DNA of 36,284 nucleotides from Chiloscyllium plagiosum. Its lineage: Eukaryota. Of this stretch, positions 33,388 through 36,284 are shown piece after piece. Made by a program: the position numbers and the translations under genes. Under the pieces are notes generated by a model, which saw only the letters and a list, made by a program, of their open reading frames with translations, made no database searches and had not been told where the DNA came from. Positions within the stretch are counted from its first letter, which is position 1. Each line of letters starts with the position of its first letter. The DNA lies in NCBI RefSeq assembly GCF_004010195.1, contig NW_025215381.1, forward strand, positions 144,037 through 180,320, read 5' to 3'.

Positions 33388-34263
33388 AGGTAAAAACAAT
33401 AACTGCAGATGCTGGAAACCAGATTCTGGAACAGTGGTGCTGGAAGAGAACAGCAATTCAGGCAGCATCCAACGAGCAGCGAAATCGACCTTTTGGGCAA
33501 AAGCCCTTCATCAGGAATAAAGGCAGAGAGCCCGAAACATGGAGAGATAAGCTAGGGGAGGGTAGGGGTGGGGAGAGAGTAGCATAGAGTACAATGGGTG
33601 AGTGGGGGAGGAGATGAAGGTGATAGGTCAGGGAGGAGAGGGTGGAGTGGATAGGTGGAAAAGGAGCTAGGCAGGTCGGACAAGTCCGGACAAGTCAAGG
33701 GGACTGGAAGTTTGAAACTAGGATGAGGTGGGGGAAGGGGAAATGAGGAAGCTGTTGAAGTCCACATTGATGCCCTGGGGGTGAAGAGGTGCCCAGTCTC
33801 CCCAATGTAGAGGAGACTGCAACGGGAGCAACGGATACAATAAATGATATTAGTGGATGTACAGGTAAAACTTTGATGGATGTGGAAGGCTCCTTTAGGG
33901 CCTTGGATAGAGGTGAGGGAGGAGGTGTGGGCACAGGTGCGTCTCCTCTACATTGGGGAGACTGAGCGCCTCCGAGCAGAGCGCTTTAGGGAACATCTCC
34001 GAGACACCCGCACCAATCAACCAAACCGCTCTGTGGCCCAACATTTCCACTCCACCCTCTCCTCCCTGACCTATCATCTTCATCTCCTCCCCCACTCACC
34101 CATTGTACTCTATGCTACTTTCTCCCCACCCCTACCTAGCTTATCTCTTCACGCTTCGGGCTCTCTGCCTTTATACCTGATGAAGGGCTTTTGCCCGAAA
34201 GGTCGATTTCGCTGCTCGTTGGATGCTGCCTGAATTGCTGTGCTCTTCCAGCACCACTGATCC
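33388..34263. mobile_element. Penelope-like element with inverted arms, both carrying GIY-YIG fragments and hammerhead motifs
   Basis: Minus arm: QSFTCTSTNIIYCIRCSRCSLLYIGETG. Plus arm: LLYIGETERLRAERFREHLRDTRTNQPNRSVAQHF. Perfect 13-bp TSD agtatctggaatg at 33375-33387 and 34264-34276. Confidence 0.9.
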
Positions 34264-34749
34264 AGTATCTGGAATGCACTGCCTTGAAGGATGGTACAGG
34301 TATGAACCATCGCAACCACTTCAAAATCGTTTAGTTGATCCTACAGCATCATAGCATAGAAAACTATAGGATACTTAATGATTGGCACAGATGTGATGTG
34401 ATGTAACATGTTTCCAGTTTCCAGTGCGAGCAGCAGCGAAGGTAAGACCGTTTGGTTTTAAAAGTGCTTACCGGTAGCGGGCAGCGGTGCTTTTTTTTTC
34501 TCTTTCACTCTCTCTTCACAGATGTTTCTGTGCTGAAAATAAAACTCTATGATTCCATCTCCCATTTTCTAATTTCAAAGCCAATCCCTTTCTCGACCTC
34601 ACTCTGGACTCCACTGAACCCACAACAAAAACAACTTCAGACCTGCAGACGCTGGAAGTAAGAAACAAAATCAGAAATGGCTGGAAAAACTGAGCAGGTG
34701 CGGCACCATCTGCGGAGAATAAAAAAGGGAAAGTTTCGGGGCCACATTG

Positions 34750-34870
34750 CTAACCAATCCCCGACCCGCTCCTTCAAACAATGACCAATTAGATCATTAG
34801 AACACAAGGTCGAGCACGGGAAAGGACCACCTCTAACTCCTAATTGGTTAGATAATAGTAATTGGCAGCA
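34750..34870. promoter_or_regulatory. Cluster of CCAAT boxes, possible promoter
   Basis: CCAAT at 34754 and 34785, ATTGG at 34843 and 34861; locally more CpG than the surroundings. Confidence 0.35.
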
Positions 34871-35284
34871 AAATGGACCAAACAGAAAAGGTCTTGACCA
34901 AAGCCCTGCCCATGCACCATGGGCTGGTGCATAGACCCGGGAGCTGGTGTGAGCTGCTGTGGGTGAGAGTTTTCTGGGTGGATCGTGAAGACGGTGAGAA
35001 CTGGGATTCATGTTCTTTCTGAGAGTGTTTCTGGTAGGATTATAGTGAGGCTACGTGGTCATACTATAATGGTATCATAAACACAGACTGGTCCGGGAAG
35101 TCCGACTGCAGCTTGGAGGGAAAAGTCCTTCCTAATGAAGGGCCGGAAACATTGATTTTCCTGTTTCTCGGATGCTGTCTGACCTGCTGTGCTTTTCCAG
35201 CACCACATTCTCAACTCTGGAGGGAAAAAAAAGTACCGACCGTCCCTTTTCAGGGGTGTGGGCATCTTTAGCATTTATTGCGGA

Positions 35285-35462
35285 GCTGGTGTTGGAGTGG
35301 ACAAAGTTAAAAATCGCTTAACACCAGCTGATAGTCCAACAGGGTTTATTTGCAAGTACACGCTTTTGGACTGCTGCTCCTTCATCAGGTGGCTGGCTAG
35401 CTCTGAAAGCTGGTATTTACAGATTAATCTGTTGCACTGTAACTTGGTGTGGTGGGATTTGT
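35285..35462. mobile_element. Miniature inverted PLE terminus of the 7185-7713 family, degenerate
   Basis: gttaaaaatc..acacc..atagtccaacag..gctccttcatcaggtgg, followed by a decayed reverse arm gctctgaaagctgg..aacttggtgtggtgggattt. Confidence 0.65.
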
Positions 35463-35489
35463 GACCAATGAGAACAGAAAGTGTGTGTC

Positions 35490-36284
35490 TCTGGGGAGGA
35501 TGGGATCCCCGGAAGGATGGAGATCCCAGTCAGATCAGACTGTGTGATCCTGGGAGGATGGAGATCCCAGGGAGATCAGACAGAGTGATCCTGGGAGGAT
35601 GGCGATCCCAGTGAGATTAGACTGTGTGACCCGGGGAGGATGGGGATCCCAGTGAGATCAGACTGTGCGACCCGGGGAGGATGGGGATCCCAGTGAGATC
35701 AGACTGTGTGTGACCCGGGGAGGATGGGGATCCCAGTGAGATCAGTCTGTGTGACCCGGGGAGGATGGGGATCCCAGTGAGATCAGTCTGTGTGACCCGG
35801 GGAGGATGGGGATCCCAGTGAGATCAGTCTGTGTGACCCGGGGAGGATGGGGATCCCAGTGAGATCAGTCTGTGTGACCCGGGGAGGATGGGGATCCCAG
35901 TGAGATCAGTCTGTGTGACCCGGGGAGGATGGGGATCCCAGTGAGATCAGTCTGTGTGACCCGGGGAGGATGGGGATCCCAGTGAGATCAGTCTGTGTGA
36001 CCCGGGGAGGATGGGGATCCCAGTGAGATCAGTCTGTGTGACCCGGGGAGGATGGGGATCCCAGTGAGATCAGTCTGTGTGACCCGGGGAGGATGGGGAT
36101 CCCAGTGAGATCAGTCTGTGTGACCCGGGGAGGATGGGGATCCCAGTGAGATCAGTCTGTGTGACCCGGGGAGGATGGGGATCCCAGTGAGATCAGTCTG
36201 TGTGACCCGGGGAGGATGGGGATCCCAGTGAGATCAGTCTGTGTGACCCGGGGAGGATGGGGATCCCAGTGAGATCAGACTGTG
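35490..36284. repeat. 41-bp GC-rich minisatellite (GAGGATGGGGATCCCAGTGAGATCAGTCTGTGTGACCCGGG), ~19 units, runs off the right edge
   Basis: Unit starts at 35761, 35802, 35843 and so on. Degenerate at the left edge, essentially perfect after ~35710. Confidence 0.97.

Larger units (their letters stand above)
32620..34340 (+). mobile_element. CR1 LINE 3' relic hosting two PLE insertions (~32833-32975 and 33388-34263)
   Basis: RELYKIMARPQL..YKRRFT. The gtggtgagtatctggaatg|cactgcc segment is split by a TSD. Confidence 0.7.

Noticed and set aside
35490..36284. CRISPR-like regular array
   Set aside because: Units are contiguous and identical with no unique spacers, there are no cas genes, and the context is vertebrate.

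Overview
Eukaryotic, repeat-dense DNA. The SINE/LINE/Penelope content points to a cartilaginous fish, probably a shark (inference). The only gene I can recognise is an SLC43A3-like nucleobase transporter on the minus strand. Five coding exons (10538-10355, 5411-5279, 4308-4262, 2860-2784, 596-504) have GT-AG boundaries and matching phases. They splice into 178 uninterrupted codons, and the gene continues beyond the left edge. The rest is intron or upstream sequence containing: HE1/V-SINE-like SINEs, a second tRNA-type SINE family, CR1 and Rex1/Babar LINE relics, a TA-flanked MITE, a tRNA-Thr pseudogene, 21-bp and 41-bp minisatellites, and many Penelope-like element (PLE) ends with 9-13 bp target-site duplications. 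The PLE ends carry at least three variants of minimal hammerhead ribozyme, one with a compensatory U3-A8 core, and several form inverted (palindromic) structures. Candidate upstream exons, a possible N-terminal extension and an overlapping uORF of the transporter are flagged as hypotheses. Repeat boundaries without TSDs are approximate, and family names come from motif recognition, not database searches. I see no convincing wholly new biological system.
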